64,000 bases of DNA, taken from assembly GCA_964532205.1 (NCBI GenBank), contig CAZHGQ010000001.1, positions 49,962-113,961 of the forward strand, written 5' to 3'. Of the stretch, positions 39,513-49,710 are shown one piece after another (within the stretch, counting starts at the first letter, position 1; the number at the start of each line of letters is the position of its first letter). Origin of the DNA: an uncultured Candidatus Saccharibacteria bacterium (GTDB taxonomy: Bacteria > Patescibacteriota > Minisyncoccia > Phycocordibacterales > JAKAEA01). Both the position numbers and the translations under genes were made by a program. A model generated the notes under the pieces. That model did no database searches. It was not told the DNA's origin and worked only from the letters and a program-made list of their open reading frames with translations.

Positions 39513-39944
39513 TTAGTTACCCCAACAACTTTCAGAAGCTGACCAAGGGGCTGTACCCTGTCGACTGTAGAGGTATTTAGCATAAGCCAAGTTACCATCA
39601 ACAGTGTGGAGGTCATAACCCATTTTTTCAGCTTTATCAGCGTGATAGTATTCATTAACCTGCATCACACCAACATCGGCTGGAGTAAGTTTACCACGTA
39701 AGATTGAACCGTCGTCGTTGAACTGTTTAAACTTAGATTCACAGTAAGCAACCCGAGCTAGAACTGGTGTCTTAGCAAAGTAGCTACGTACGTATGATTC
39801 TACAGTTAAGTCCGGGTCAGCTCGGCGAGCCAAATCCCATGACGGACTATTTACATTATCAGTAATCGCAACGTTAGCAGCGGCCAAGACAATAGGCGTA
39901 TTCTGGATAACAGACGTATTTAACGCCGGCTGTTGCGTATTCAT
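39513..39944 (-). CDS. Lysozyme-like transglycosylase domain protein (true start possibly upstream)
   Basis: VAYCES.F.QF, DVGVMQVN, GN..YAKYLY..QG..PW. Confidence 0.8.
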   Translation of the reverse strand: MNTQQPALNTSVIQNTPIVLAAANVAITDNVNSPSWDLARRADPDLTVESYVRSYFAKTPVLARVAYCESKFKQFNDDGSILRGKLTPADVGVMQVNEYYHADKAEKMGYDLHTVDGNLAYAKYLYSRQGTAPWSASESCWGN

Positions 39945-40190
39945 GGCAGAAAGAACAAAGACGAGCGTTGTAGTTAGATTTAAGATAAGCCTTTTCCTAG
40001 CTAATAAACAAAAAATCAGAGGGTTGCTCTGATGTAGCTATATTATAGCATACCTAATGGAAAAGTCAATGATTTTTGAGAGTTTTTGGGCCTTATCGGT
40101 AATTAAAAAATGGCTCTATAAAGCCATATTTAAGCAAAAACTCCCCTGCCCTACCCTTTACATATATACGTATATATTGTGAAATAATAC

Positions 40191-40811
40191 CTATTTTTGA
40201 CCCTTGAAGTCCGGAACTGGATATTTTTTAAACTGCTCGAGCAAGTTTTGGCCTAAAATAAGCCTTGAAAGCGCCTCAGCTTCCCATAAAGCACCGTTTA
40301 GAGCGATGTGAGGCTTCGGTTCAGTCGGAATACCAACGTATTCCATGACTGCATCAGAATTTAAGAAGGATTTACCATTACGCTGGGGCGGTTCTATCCC
40401 ATGGGCAAGCATGTGAGCATAGCAGATAGAATGCTGGTCTATTGTCCGACGTGGCAATGACCATTCAATATTAAAGCGATCAATTGAATCGGTGATAAAC
40501 TCAACATCAAATGAGGGGTTGTGGCCAGCAAAAACCACATCCTTACATGTAGTTGTCCATTCTTTAAAATGCTGGATCAACTCGCCCACTGTCTGCTTTT
40601 TGGGGTCCATCATCTGCTCCGGGCTCAGGCCATTTATTTCCTGCACCGGCTTCATGTCGCCATGAGCTTCATTCATAATGTGAGCTCCGTCCCAAATGCG
40701 ACATTCTTCGTAGAAAGTATTTGTGGGATTAAAAAAATCGATAGCACCAAGGCTGACAATAGAATGTTTTTTAGCATTTATTCCGGAGGTTTCAACATCG
40801 ACGACGATCAT
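40191..40811 (-). CDS. DEDDh 3'-5' exonuclease-like protein
   Basis: DVETSG, GHNPSFD, H.ALNGA (last Asp not canonical). Confidence 0.85.
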   Translation of the reverse strand: MIVVDVETSGINAKKHSIVSLGAIDFFNPTNTFYEECRIWDGAHIMNEAHGDMKPVQEINGLSPEQMMDPKKQTVGELIQHFKEWTTTCKDVVFAGHNPSFDVEFITDSIDRFNIEWSLPRRTIDQHSICYAHMLAHGIEPPQRNGKSFLNSDAVMEYVGIPTEPKPHIALNGALWEAEALSRLILGQNLLEQFKKYPVPDFKGQK

Positions 40812-40832
40812 GTGGGTAGTATATCACTAATT

Positions 40833-42092
40833 TTAAATCTCAATATTATTCCCCACAGTAACAAAAACTAGTGCTGAAGTATTAAAGTATTTCTTGATAG
40901 TAGCATTCACAAAACCTTCATCTATTTCTTTTTGAAATTCCACGTACTCCGGCTTGGTAATATTAAAATTACTTTTAGATAGTAAAAACATTTGATTTTC
41001 TGTAATCCAGTCCTCAGAAGTTTGTAATTTTCTAATCAGTGATCTTTCATTGTAGTTTTTTACTAGATCTAATTCTGATTTAGTAATACCGAGAGAAATA
41101 AATTTGTTTATTTCTTCTAAGAGTAAATTCTTGATTTTTCTAGCGTGATCTTTTTTGCCAGAAGTAGAAATACTCCATATTATGTTATTCAAGACCTCTA
41201 CCTGACCACCGTACACACTGTATACTAAACCAAATTCATATCTCAATCTCTTTAATAAACGAGATGTTCTCCCTCTTGTTAAAATATCTTGAGCTAAATG
41301 CAGCGCAGCAAATTCTTTCACATTATCGACTTGAAATTTAAATCCGGTCATAAATGAAACCTGATTGGAATTAAATTCACTTAAAGCGGTTTTGGATTTT
41401 GGTTGTTTAATAACAACATCAGCATGTGAATGTTTGGACAAGTGCTTTAGGTGAGCAAACTCTGATAGATATTTTTCAAGTTCTATAATTGATATATCAC
41501 CTGAAACAATAAATGTCGGATTCATTGAACATAGATTTTTATAAAACTCATTCAATTCCTCTGGCTTAATGGTTGCAACTGTCTCTACTGTACCCACCAC
41601 ATCATGTGAAGCAACAGTATCTGGGAATATGGTTTTATAGAAAAGATTCGTTGTCCATCTCATTTGATTAGTTCTATACATTTCAATTTCAGAGAAAATT
41701 GAAGTCCGTTCCCGCTCTATCGTCACTGGATCAAGTAGAGATTCGTTAAGAATTTCATTTAATATACTCACCACGGTTTTAACATCAGCTGAAGCACAGA
41801 CTTCAAAATAAATTTCTAGCGCCTGTTTGGTGGTTCGAGCTCCCATATCGCCACCTATATCAGTGATGTTTGCAATGAGCAAGTCTTTTGTTGGATATTT
41901 TTTTGTACCTGCTAACAGCATGTGCTCTACAAAATGCACCAGACCGGGAGTGGTACTTGAAGGCACACTACTCACATCAAAAATAAGGTGAACTCTAACT
42001 GGTGAACTTTTTCTTTCAAAATGAAAAAGTGGAACATTATTAGCCAGACTTCTATTATGAAACAATGTATCTAAACGTGTGTAGTTTCTCAT
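40833..42092 (-). CDS. M16 (pitrilysin-family) peptidase
   Basis: HFVEH inverted zinc motif; SRL...LR...GLVY. Confidence 0.9.
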   Translation of the reverse strand: MRNYTRLDTLFHNRSLANNVPLFHFERKSSPVRVHLIFDVSSVPSSTTPGLVHFVEHMLLAGTKKYPTKDLLIANITDIGGDMGARTTKQALEIYFEVCASADVKTVVSILNEILNESLLDPVTIERERTSIFSEIEMYRTNQMRWTTNLFYKTIFPDTVASHDVVGTVETVATIKPEELNEFYKNLCSMNPTFIVSGDISIIELEKYLSEFAHLKHLSKHSHADVVIKQPKSKTALSEFNSNQVSFMTGFKFQVDNVKEFAALHLAQDILTRGRTSRLLKRLRYEFGLVYSVYGGQVEVLNNIIWSISTSGKKDHARKIKNLLLEEINKFISLGITKSELDLVKNYNERSLIRKLQTSEDWITENQMFLLSKSNFNITKPEYVEFQKEIDEGFVNATIKKYFNTSALVFVTVGNNIEI

Positions 42093-42133
42093 GGAATATT
42101 TACTATTATATACAAATTAGGTTGTTCTAAATA

Positions 42134-42301
42134 CTATTTTACAGTTTTAACTACAACAAAATAACATCCACATAGCAACAACTGTACCCCAAAAATCACT
42201 GCTATTACAAGCCAACCAAGCACAAAACCCAGTAGTAATTCACTACCGTATATAATAATCGCCACGCACAATGCTAACAATGTTTTTTCTGTATCTGTCA
42301 T
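42134..42301 (-). CDS. Possible 55-aa membrane peptide MTDTEKTLLALCVAIIIYGSELLLGFVLGWLVIAVIFGVQLLLCGCYFVVVKTVK
   Basis: Manual translation; very hydrophobic; no SD or clear -10. Confidence 0.35.
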   Translation of the reverse strand: MTDTEKTLLALCVAIIIYGSELLLGFVLGWLVIAVIFGVQLLLCGCYFVVVKTVK

Positions 42302-42346
42302 AAAAGAATACCGCTCTGTTCGAGCGGTATTGTGTGGTTACGACAA

Positions 42347-42559
42347 CTACTTTTTCTTCTCGGATTTGTTCTCCGAGTATTCAGTCGCTTCGCCACAGGG
42401 GTTTATGATCGTGGCAATGATGGCATCAAACCAGCTAAAGACCGCGATCACAGGTGCAAATGGCGACAGAACGATCTGTTCGCCATTCTCTTCATGATGA
42501 GCTGCAGACGGATGGGCAGCTGAACCATCGATGGCCACATGGGCCAATTGCTTGAACAT
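42347..42559 (-). CDS. Hypothetical small protein
   Basis: AAGGAG SD; terminator aataccgctc/gagcggtatt downstream. Confidence 0.65.
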   Translation of the reverse strand: MFKQLAHVAIDGSAAHPSAAHHEENGEQIVLSPFAPVIAVFSWFDAIIATIINPCGEATEYSENKSEKKK

Positions 42560-42780
42560 ACAGACTCCTTACGTAAGGGTTCTGAGACTATCTAACCACC
42601 TACGCAATCGCTGTCACTTGTCGACACCTAGCGAATTAGTATTTCCCCCACCCGGCAAATTGGTGTAAAGGCAGTCCGAAACAAAAAAGCCCATAACTAT
42701 GGGCTTTTTTGTAATTGTGTCACTGTTTTCCGACAGGTTTTTTAGAACTTTTTTAGGTTTTCTTGATAACGTGACGTGTA

Positions 42781-43164
42781 TTATCGACTCAGTCCTGGGC
42801 AGTTCTTGGCTGGCTTTAGACCCTTGGCTTCGGCCTCCTGTTTTGTGGCAAACCAGACCTTGTTTTTGTCTGAAATCCGCTTAGCGCCGCTACATGTGGC
42901 TACATAATAATAACTACCCGTCTTTGAGGCAACATACACTTTAGCTTTATATACCCCTTTAGAGGTAGTTGTGGCTATGGGTATAGCAGCTGTAGCAAGG
43001 GTACGGTACTCCAAAGCCACTGGTCCCCTCGCCTGTTGCAGCTGAGTAATTTTATAACCGCCAAAACCGATTAAACCAAGTAAAATAAGGCTTATTGGTA
43101 TGAAAAAGGTCTCAAATTTAGCCATATTGCTTTTTGGCTCATTATCAGGTATAGTATCTTCCAC
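42781..43164 (-). CDS. Membrane protein with Ada-like metal-binding domain
   Basis: VASKTGSYYY...CSGA..I...NKVWF....A.A.G.KPA.NC. Confidence 0.78.
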   Translation of the reverse strand: MEDTIPDNEPKSNMAKFETFFIPISLILLGLIGFGGYKITQLQQARGPVALEYRTLATAAIPIATTTSKGVYKAKVYVASKTGSYYYVATCSGAKRISDKNKVWFATKQEAEAKGLKPAKNCPGLSR

Positions 43165-43207
43165 GTCTCTACTATACAGTACGGAGATAAAATTTGCATA
43201 AAATCCT

Positions 43208-43480
43208 ATGGCAACCAAAAAAGCTGGCGGAACAGCGAAAAACCTGCGGGACTCTAATCCTAAATACCTTGGGGTTAAAGTGAATCACGGCGGCACCGTA
43301 AATGTCGGTGGCGTTATCGTGCGACAGCGCGGCACTGTCTATCTCTCAGGTAAAAACACCGCACTCGGTAAGGATCACACTATCTTTGCCATGAAGGCCG
43401 GAAAAGTTGAATTCAAGAACAAGCGCAAGCAGAATTTCGACAGTTCAACTTCAGTTCGAAAAATCGTAAGCGTAAGCTAA
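43208..43480 (+). CDS. rpmA: 50S ribosomal protein L27
   Basis: [32 protein letters not shown]. Confidence 0.98.
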   Translation: MATKKAGGTAKNLRDSNPKYLGVKVNHGGTVNVGGVIVRQRGTVYLSGKNTALGKDHTIFAMKAGKVEFKNKRKQNFDSSTSVRKIVSVS

Positions 43481-43512
43481 ACAAAAAAACCGCCTTTCGG
43501 CGGTTTTTTTGT

Positions 43513-43956
43513 TTATTGAGCGGTGATGTTGAGTTTAAATGTTGCTGTCTTGTCCTGAACCTTAACTTCAATGGTGTGCTCCCCGACTTCCTTAATAGGC
43601 TTATCGAGCATAATAAATTCTGGAGCCATGTCGAGCTGAGTCTGTTTTTTAAGTTCAGCAATAATTTCTTCCTTATGCACACCCTTAAACAAATGGCCTT
43701 TATCGTTGGCTGACTCTGTCAGTGTTAGGCTAACACCCTCCAAACTTTTCAAATTCTTCATCAATAAATCTTCCTGAATTTTGCGCTCAGCTGCAGCAGT
43801 TGCCTTGTGAGCTTCGAGCTTCTTGAGACTTTGTGGAGTTGAAACCTCAGCCATCTTATTGGGAATAAGAAAGTTCAGAGCATAACCGTCAGACACGTCT
43901 TTAACTTCAAACTTTTTACCGATTTTGCGGACATCTTTAAGAAGGATTACTTTCAT
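43513..43956 (-). CDS. rplI: 50S ribosomal protein L9
   Basis: MKVILLKDV..IGK....KDVSDGYALNFLIP. Confidence 0.97.
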   Translation of the reverse strand: MKVILLKDVRKIGKKFEVKDVSDGYALNFLIPNKMAEVSTPQSLKKLEAHKATAAAERKIQEDLLMKNLKSLEGVSLTLTESANDKGHLFKGVHKEEIIAELKKQTQLDMAPEFIMLDKPIKEVGEHTIEVKVQDKTATFKLNITAQ

Positions 43957-44004
43957 ATGTTTATTGATTAGTTTCTAGATAGTACACGAGGAGTGACCTT
44001 CTGT

Positions 44005-45246
44005 CTATTGAGCTTTCAAAACCTGAACGGCTTTGTTAAATTGAGCGTCATTAGCAGCTTTAATGTCGTCTTGAGTAATTTCCACAGTGACATCAGGCTG
44101 TAAACCATGTTCAGAGATACTATTACCCTTCGGTGTCAGCCAACGAGCAACCGTAATCTTGAGCGATGTTTCAGGAGTGAGATTGATAAGTTCTTGAACA
44201 GAACCCTTGCCGTATGTTTTCGTACCAACCAGTTTTGCTACGCCATACTCACTTAAAGCACCCGCTAGAATTTCTGAAGCTGAAGCCGAGCCACCATCTA
44301 CCAAGATAACCATTTTCAAATTTTTATTGAAAATATTGTAACCATGACTCTTATAATCAACGGTTGGCGTATGTCCGGCTGACTCCTCACGTACAATCAA
44401 AGCATCTTTTGGCAAAAACCAACTCGCCATATCAACGGCCGCTTCCAAGTAACCTCCAGGATTGCCACGCACATCAAGGATGAGTTTTGAATCACCCGAT
44501 TGCACAAATTCTTGAATTGCATTTTTAAAGAGTGTGGCTGAATTAGCGCTAAAACTATACAAACGAATGACAAAAATACCATCGGAGCGCTTTTCTGTAT
44601 CAATAGTTGGAATATCAATAATGTCACGCACAATTGTCAGCGTCTTAGGTTGCTTGGCATCCTTTGGCAAAATTGACAGTGAAACAGATGTTCCCTTTTT
44701 ACCACGAATCATGGCCACTGCTGCATCAACAGTTAGATTCGATGTCGATGTATTATCGATAGAAAGAATCCGATCACCGGTTTTAATACCCGCTCGGAAA
44801 GCTGGCGAATTTTTAAGCGGCGCAATAACGGTTAAGACATTGTCTTTCATGCCGACTTCCATGCCAATACCTTCGAAGTTTCCACTGATCTGAGTCTGAA
44901 ATTCTTTATTCTCAACTGGTGGAAAGAATGTGGTGTACGGATCGCCATATGCAGCGGTGAGACCAGCAATAGCGCCCCACAATTTATCTTGGTCTGAAGT
45001 AGTCGAAGCAGTTTTACTTGTGGTTGGTACATATTTTTCTTGCAGCAAATTCCACGCCTGCCAAAACGGTGTAAAGTCAACTGTAGTTGTTTTGCCTGGA
45101 TCTCGATTTAAAATATTTGAAGCAACAGAATTTGAGAGTGATGTGGTTTTTTGAATCCCGAACATTACACCCAGACCGAACGCTGAGCCGATGATAATAA
45201 CAGCGGCCACAATCAAAAGAACTTTATTCGTGAGAAATGATTTCAT
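44005..45246 (-). CDS. S41 C-terminal processing protease (CtpA/Prc-like) with PDZ
   Basis: GDPYT, FEGIG, DVRGNPGG, SASASEI, GKGSVQ. Confidence 0.95.
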   Translation of the reverse strand: MKSFLTNKVLLIVAAVIIIGSAFGLGVMFGIQKTTSLSNSVASNILNRDPGKTTTVDFTPFWQAWNLLQEKYVPTTSKTASTTSDQDKLWGAIAGLTAAYGDPYTTFFPPVENKEFQTQISGNFEGIGMEVGMKDNVLTVIAPLKNSPAFRAGIKTGDRILSIDNTSTSNLTVDAAVAMIRGKKGTSVSLSILPKDAKQPKTLTIVRDIIDIPTIDTEKRSDGIFVIRLYSFSANSATLFKNAIQEFVQSGDSKLILDVRGNPGGYLEAAVDMASWFLPKDALIVREESAGHTPTVDYKSHGYNIFNKNLKMVILVDGGSASASEILAGALSEYGVAKLVGTKTYGKGSVQELINLTPETSLKITVARWLTPKGNSISEHGLQPDVTVEITQDDIKAANDAQFNKAVQVLKAQ

Positions 45247-45321
45247 ATTTAAAAAGTATCTCAAAAAAGCTACGCAGGGTCAAACATTGAGCTTCGCCAA
45301 CAATACTGTTAGTATAGAGCC

Positions 45322-46713
45322 ATGATTCGTTTTACCAATACCCTCTCCGGCCAGAAAGAAGAGTTTAAACCAATTGATACTAAAAAAATTGGCATGTACA
45401 ACTGTGGGCCGACCGTTTATGACTATGCCCACATCGGTAATCTCCGCAAATATATTTTTGATGATATTCTTCGTCGAACATTGGAATGGAATGATTTTGA
45501 GGTTCATCAGGTCATAAATATTACTGACGTAGGTCATCTTTCATCTGACAGCGACACTGGCGATGATAAAGTCGAACGCGCTGCCAAAAAAGAACACAGG
45601 TCCGCGACCGATATAACAACTTTCTACACCGAAGCCTTTTACAAAGACTTAGCTTCATTAAATATAGAAGCGGTATCCAATAAAGATCAGAACGATTTTT
45701 TTCCGAAGGCCACAGATCACATTGCTGAACAAATTGAATTGATCAAAACCCTTGAAACTAAGGGCTTTACATACAAGACGTCTGACGGCATATACTTTGA
45801 CACCGCTAAATTCCCAACATACGGCAAACTTGGCAACATTGATCTCGAAGGCCTCAAAGAAGGTGCTCGCGTCGAGGCTAATGCTGAAAAACACAATCCA
45901 ACAGACTTTGCCCTCTGGAAGTTTTCAAAACCTGAGGAACAACGTTTACAAGAGTGGTCGTCACCATGGGGTACCGGTTTTCCAGGCTGGCATATAGAGT
46001 GTTCGGCAATGTCGATGAAATATCTGGGTGAGACATTTGATATTCACACCGGTGGCATCGACCACATCCCCGTTCATCACAATAACGAAATCGCCCAGTC
46101 TGAAGCTGCCACAGGCAAACCATTTGTAAATTATTGGCTCCATGAGGCCTTTGTGAATGTTGATGGTGGCAAAATGGCCAAGTCGCTTAATAATTTTTAT
46201 CGCTTGCAAGATTTACAAGATAAAGGCATTGATCCTTTGGCTTACCGCTACTGGATTTTGACGGCCCATTATCGAACAGCAATTAATTTTACCTGGGAAG
46301 CGATTGAGGGTGCGCAGAAGGCGTATCATCGTCTTATTGGCTTTGTACAATCTGTTTCTGAAACAGGTGCAGCTCAAGAAGAATACCTGAAACACTTTAC
46401 CGAGCATATTAATGACGACCTAGACACGCCAAAAGCTGTAGCATTACTTTGGACAATGCTTTCTGATGAAAAAATTTCTAATGCTGATAAAAAAGCCACT
46501 CTCCTTTCTATGGATAAGGTGCTTGGCTTGGGTTTGAGCAATCTTATGGAGATTGAAATACCTGAATCTGTGCTAAAGCTCGTTGATGAACGCGAAGTGG
46601 CTCGACAAGAAAAAGATTGGCAGAAATCTGATGAACTTCGAGAGAAAATTAAAAAGCAAGGTTTTGAGGTGAAAGACACAGATAAAGGACCAATAATAAA
46701 AAGTGTGGTCTAG
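45322..46713 (+). CDS. cysS: Cysteine--tRNA ligase
   Basis: CGPTVY..AHIGN, GFPGWHIECS, KMAKS. Confidence 0.98.
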   Translation: MIRFTNTLSGQKEEFKPIDTKKIGMYNCGPTVYDYAHIGNLRKYIFDDILRRTLEWNDFEVHQVINITDVGHLSSDSDTGDDKVERAAKKEHRSATDITTFYTEAFYKDLASLNIEAVSNKDQNDFFPKATDHIAEQIELIKTLETKGFTYKTSDGIYFDTAKFPTYGKLGNIDLEGLKEGARVEANAEKHNPTDFALWKFSKPEEQRLQEWSSPWGTGFPGWHIECSAMSMKYLGETFDIHTGGIDHIPVHHNNEIAQSEAATGKPFVNYWLHEAFVNVDGGKMAKSLNNFYRLQDLQDKGIDPLAYRYWILTAHYRTAINFTWEAIEGAQKAYHRLIGFVQSVSETGAAQEEYLKHFTEHINDDLDTPKAVALLWTMLSDEKISNADKKATLLSMDKVLGLGLSNLMEIEIPESVLKLVDEREVARQEKDWQKSDELREKIKKQGFEVKDTDKGPIIKSVV

Positions 46714-46816
46714 TATACCATTTTTACCCCATAAACTAAGGTCGGGGCGCTATCCACACATTAGACACAAGTTTTAGACAATTTTGAAGATTTTTTGATC
46801 TAGCCTTCATGTTAGA

Positions 46817-48208
46817 ATGACTGACATGGCAGAGAAATTAAAAAAATCTCCATATCTACGAGTTCCACCACAAAGCATTGAAGCTGAAATGGCTTTGCTT
46901 GGTTCAATTATGCTGCGTCCAGATACCATGCATGAAATCATGGACTTCATTCATGATGGTTCATTCTATTCCGAGAAACACCGTTTGATCTTCCGCGGCA
47001 TGTTGGAGCTCTTTAATAAATCAACACCAATTGATTTGCTTTCTCTTTCCGCTCGCTTACGTGAAAAAGATTTACTTGAACAAGTTGGCGGTGCTAGCTA
47101 TCTCACTGAACTGGTAAACTTCGTGCCATCTTCGGCCAATGTGAAGCATTATGCCGAATTGGTTCAGAAAAAACATATCATGCGCAATCTCATTGAGTGC
47201 GCCGATGATATCAGTCGTCTCGGTTACGATGAGTCGAATGAATTGGATCAAATTTTGGATACAGCTGAAAAACGTGTCTTTGAAGTGACCAACTTCTCAA
47301 GTTCACATCGCTTCATTGAACTTAAAGAAACACTCGACGAAGCCTGGGAGCGTTTGGATAAATTGCACAAATCAAAAGATGAAATGCGCGGTATTCCAAC
47401 CGGCTTTAAAGAACTTGATAATAAGCTGGCTGGCTTTCAGAAATCTGACCTCATTATTTTGGCGGCTCGACCTTCTATGGGAAAAACTTCATTGGCCTTG
47501 GATATCGCCCGCCAAACAGCCATCATGCACAATGTGCCGGTAGGTATCTTCTCATTGGAAATGAGTTCACAGCAATTGGTGGATCGCATGCTGGCTGCCG
47601 AATCACGCGTTGATGCTTGGAAACTGCGTACTGGCCAACTGTCTGTCGATTCAGAATTCGAATCAATTCGTCACTCACTTGATAAACTTTCAAAAGCTCC
47701 AATCTTCATCGATGATCAGCCGGCCAACAATATTTTGAAAATGCGTTCGGTGGCGCGCCGACTCAAGAAAGAAAAAGGTTTGGGTATGATTATGGTTGAC
47801 TACTTGCAACTTATGCAACCAACTCAGTCGGCTAAGTCTGATAATGTTGTACAACAAGTGACCGAAATCTCCCGCTCTTTGAAACAATTGGCTCGTGAAC
47901 TTGAGGTACCTGTCTTGGCCTTGTCGCAGCTTTCTCGTGCTGTCGAACAACGTGGTGGCCGTCCTCGTCTTTCCGACCTTCGAGACTCTGGTTCGATTGA
48001 ACAAGACGCTGATGTGGTTATGTTTATTCACCGTGAAGATAAGGTCCTCAAGGAAGAATCGACCAAGCCAAACATTGCCGAAATTATGATTGAAAAGCAC
48101 CGTAATGGTCCGACGGGTATGGTTGAACTTTACTTTGATGCTCAAAAAGCCACATTCTTAAGTATTGATAAAAACTTTGGTGGTGGCGCAGCTTCAGATG
48201 ACTTCTAG
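46817..48208 (+). CDS. dnaB: Replicative DNA helicase
   Basis: AARPSMGKT, FSLEM, VDYLQL, LRDSGSIEQDAD. Confidence 0.98.
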   Translation: MTDMAEKLKKSPYLRVPPQSIEAEMALLGSIMLRPDTMHEIMDFIHDGSFYSEKHRLIFRGMLELFNKSTPIDLLSLSARLREKDLLEQVGGASYLTELVNFVPSSANVKHYAELVQKKHIMRNLIECADDISRLGYDESNELDQILDTAEKRVFEVTNFSSSHRFIELKETLDEAWERLDKLHKSKDEMRGIPTGFKELDNKLAGFQKSDLIILAARPSMGKTSLALDIARQTAIMHNVPVGIFSLEMSSQQLVDRMLAAESRVDAWKLRTGQLSVDSEFESIRHSLDKLSKAPIFIDDQPANNILKMRSVARRLKKEKGLGMIMVDYLQLMQPTQSAKSDNVVQQVTEISRSLKQLARELEVPVLALSQLSRAVEQRGGRPRLSDLRDSGSIEQDADVVMFIHREDKVLKEESTKPNIAEIMIEKHRNGPTGMVELYFDAQKATFLSIDKNFGGGAASDDF

Positions 48209-48210
48209 GT

Positions 48211-48831
48211 ATGAATCCCTTACAACAACTGACTGAACTTTTTGCCGAATTCCCTGGTATTGGCGCACGACAAGCCAAGCGTTTTGTCTATTACCTACTG
48301 ACCCGCAATCCACAGTACATTAATAACCTTTCAAATTTAATTCGTGATATTCGCAAGGATATTCACACCTGTTCTACTTGTTTTCGCTTTTACGAACGAC
48401 GTAATGCGAATTCAACACTGTGCGATATTTGTGCCAATCCGAATCGGGATACGAAGACGCTGATTATCGTGGCGCGTGATGTGGACTTAGAAAATATTGA
48501 GCGAACCCGAGCGTATAACGGTAAATATTTTGTCTTGGGCGGCTCTGTGCCTATTTTAGAAAAAAATCCTGAAACTCGCGTGCGCAGCAAAGAACTAATT
48601 AAAGCTGTTGAAGACCGGGCTTTTGATGACGATCTATCAGAAATAATTGTGGCCATGAATCTGACAGCTGAGGGTGAAAATACTGGTGAGTATGTCGAGC
48701 AGATACTAAAACCCATCGTTGAAAAAAATCACATTAAAATTTCTCATTTAGGCCGTGGTATCTCAACGGGTACCGAGCTTGAATACTCAGATTCCGAGAC
48801 ACTTAAGAACGCATTGCAAAATCGACATTAA
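48211..48831 (+). CDS. recR: Recombination mediator RecR
   Basis: FPGIG.RQAKR, C4 zinc finger, Toprim, GTELEYSD. Confidence 0.96.
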   Translation: MNPLQQLTELFAEFPGIGARQAKRFVYYLLTRNPQYINNLSNLIRDIRKDIHTCSTCFRFYERRNANSTLCDICANPNRDTKTLIIVARDVDLENIERTRAYNGKYFVLGGSVPILEKNPETRVRSKELIKAVEDRAFDDDLSEIIVAMNLTAEGENTGEYVEQILKPIVEKNHIKISHLGRGISTGTELEYSDSETLKNALQNRH

Positions 48832-48868
48832 TCAGTAGTATAGAAGCCAGACTTAACGAAAGGATTCT

Positions 48869-49060
48869 ATGCTTTGTCCCGAGTGTCAGAGTGACCTTGA
48901 ACCCCAAGCCGGCCGCTGCCCGCTGTGCAATTACAAATTCCACAACGTAGTGGAAGAAGATCTGCAACCGACCGAAGCGGCTGTGGTCAAACATCTTCAC
49001 CAGCAGACATCGCAGTCTGCCGAAGAGATCGCGGCCCTGGCGCACATGCCGAACTACTAG
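48869..49060 (+). CDS. Small zinc-ribbon protein
   Basis: CPEC...CPLC; GAAAGGA SD. Confidence 0.7.
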   Translation: MLCPECQSDLEPQAGRCPLCNYKFHNVVEEDLQPTEAAVVKHLHQQTSQSAEEIAALAHMPNY

Positions 49061-49075
49061 AAACTTCGTTACACA

Positions 49076-49109
49076 AAACCCCGTGGCGCGCATGCGCGCC
49101 ACGGGGTTT
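49076..49109. terminator. 34-bp perfect palindrome, bidirectional terminator
   Basis: aaaccccgtggcgcgca|tgcgcgccacggggttt. Confidence 0.82.
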
Positions 49110-49110
49110 C

Positions 49111-49290
49111 TTATTGCCTCTGCTCAAGTTGAAAATCCTGAGCAACACTTTTCATAAAACACTCTTCATGAGCCACACCGTTCGGCACCGGCCGAACATC
49201 GTCAGGATGACCACTTCCAATCTCCTTACCACAAATTTGGCAGATTGGAATCTGACATTCACCCTTAACAACACGTTCGTCTTCGCTCAT
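49111..49290 (-). CDS. Unannotated 59-aa zinc-finger-like protein MSEDERVVKGECQIPICQICGKEIGSGHPDDVRPVPNGVAHEECFMKSVAQDFQLEQRQ
   Basis: Manual translation; AGGAGG SD; CxxC...HxxC. Confidence 0.72.
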   Translation of the reverse strand: MSEDERVVKGECQIPICQICGKEIGSGHPDDVRPVPNGVAHEECFMKSVAQDFQLEQRQ

Positions 49291-49347
49291 AAAAACCTCC
49301 TGCCGCTAGCATACCACAAAAAAGCCACCGCGTGGTGGCTTTTTTGT

Positions 49348-49665
49348 TTATTTTACTGAGTCAATCTTAACTTTTACGAAAGGCTGGCGGTGGCCATTTT
49401 TCTTGAAATAGCGACTCTTCTGCTTGTACTTGATGACAGTCACCTTAGCTGCACGGCCAACTGCTTCTACCGTACCGCTCACTTTAGCACCCTTTACAGT
49501 CGGTGTACCAAGCGTAGTGTCCTTACCGTTATCAGTGAGCAAAACTTCGTCAAAACTCACAGCATCGCCCTTTTTAAGGCCATCTGAAAGCTTTTCTACA
49601 GTGATAACGTCGCCAACGGCTACCTTATACTGCTTGCCACCTGTTTTAATTACTGCAAATTCCAT
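49348..49665 (-). CDS. rplU: 50S ribosomal protein L21
   Basis: FAVIKTGGKQYKV, GHRQPF. Confidence 0.98.
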   Translation of the reverse strand: MEFAVIKTGGKQYKVAVGDVITVEKLSDGLKKGDAVSFDEVLLTDNGKDTTLGTPTVKGAKVSGTVEAVGRAAKVTVIKYKQKSRYFKKNGHRQPFVKVKIDSVK

Positions 49666-49710
49666 AGTGTTCCCTATTCTACCTATTTTGGCAAAAAAGG
49701 CAATAGCCCC

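Noticed and set aside
46745-46785. DnaA-box-like ctatccaca and tagaca repeats upstream of dnaB
   Set aside because: Single mismatched box and short repeats; not distinguishable from chance.
48925-49359. 144-aa + strand ORF
   Set aside because: Runs through the palindromic terminator and overlaps two better-supported small genes.
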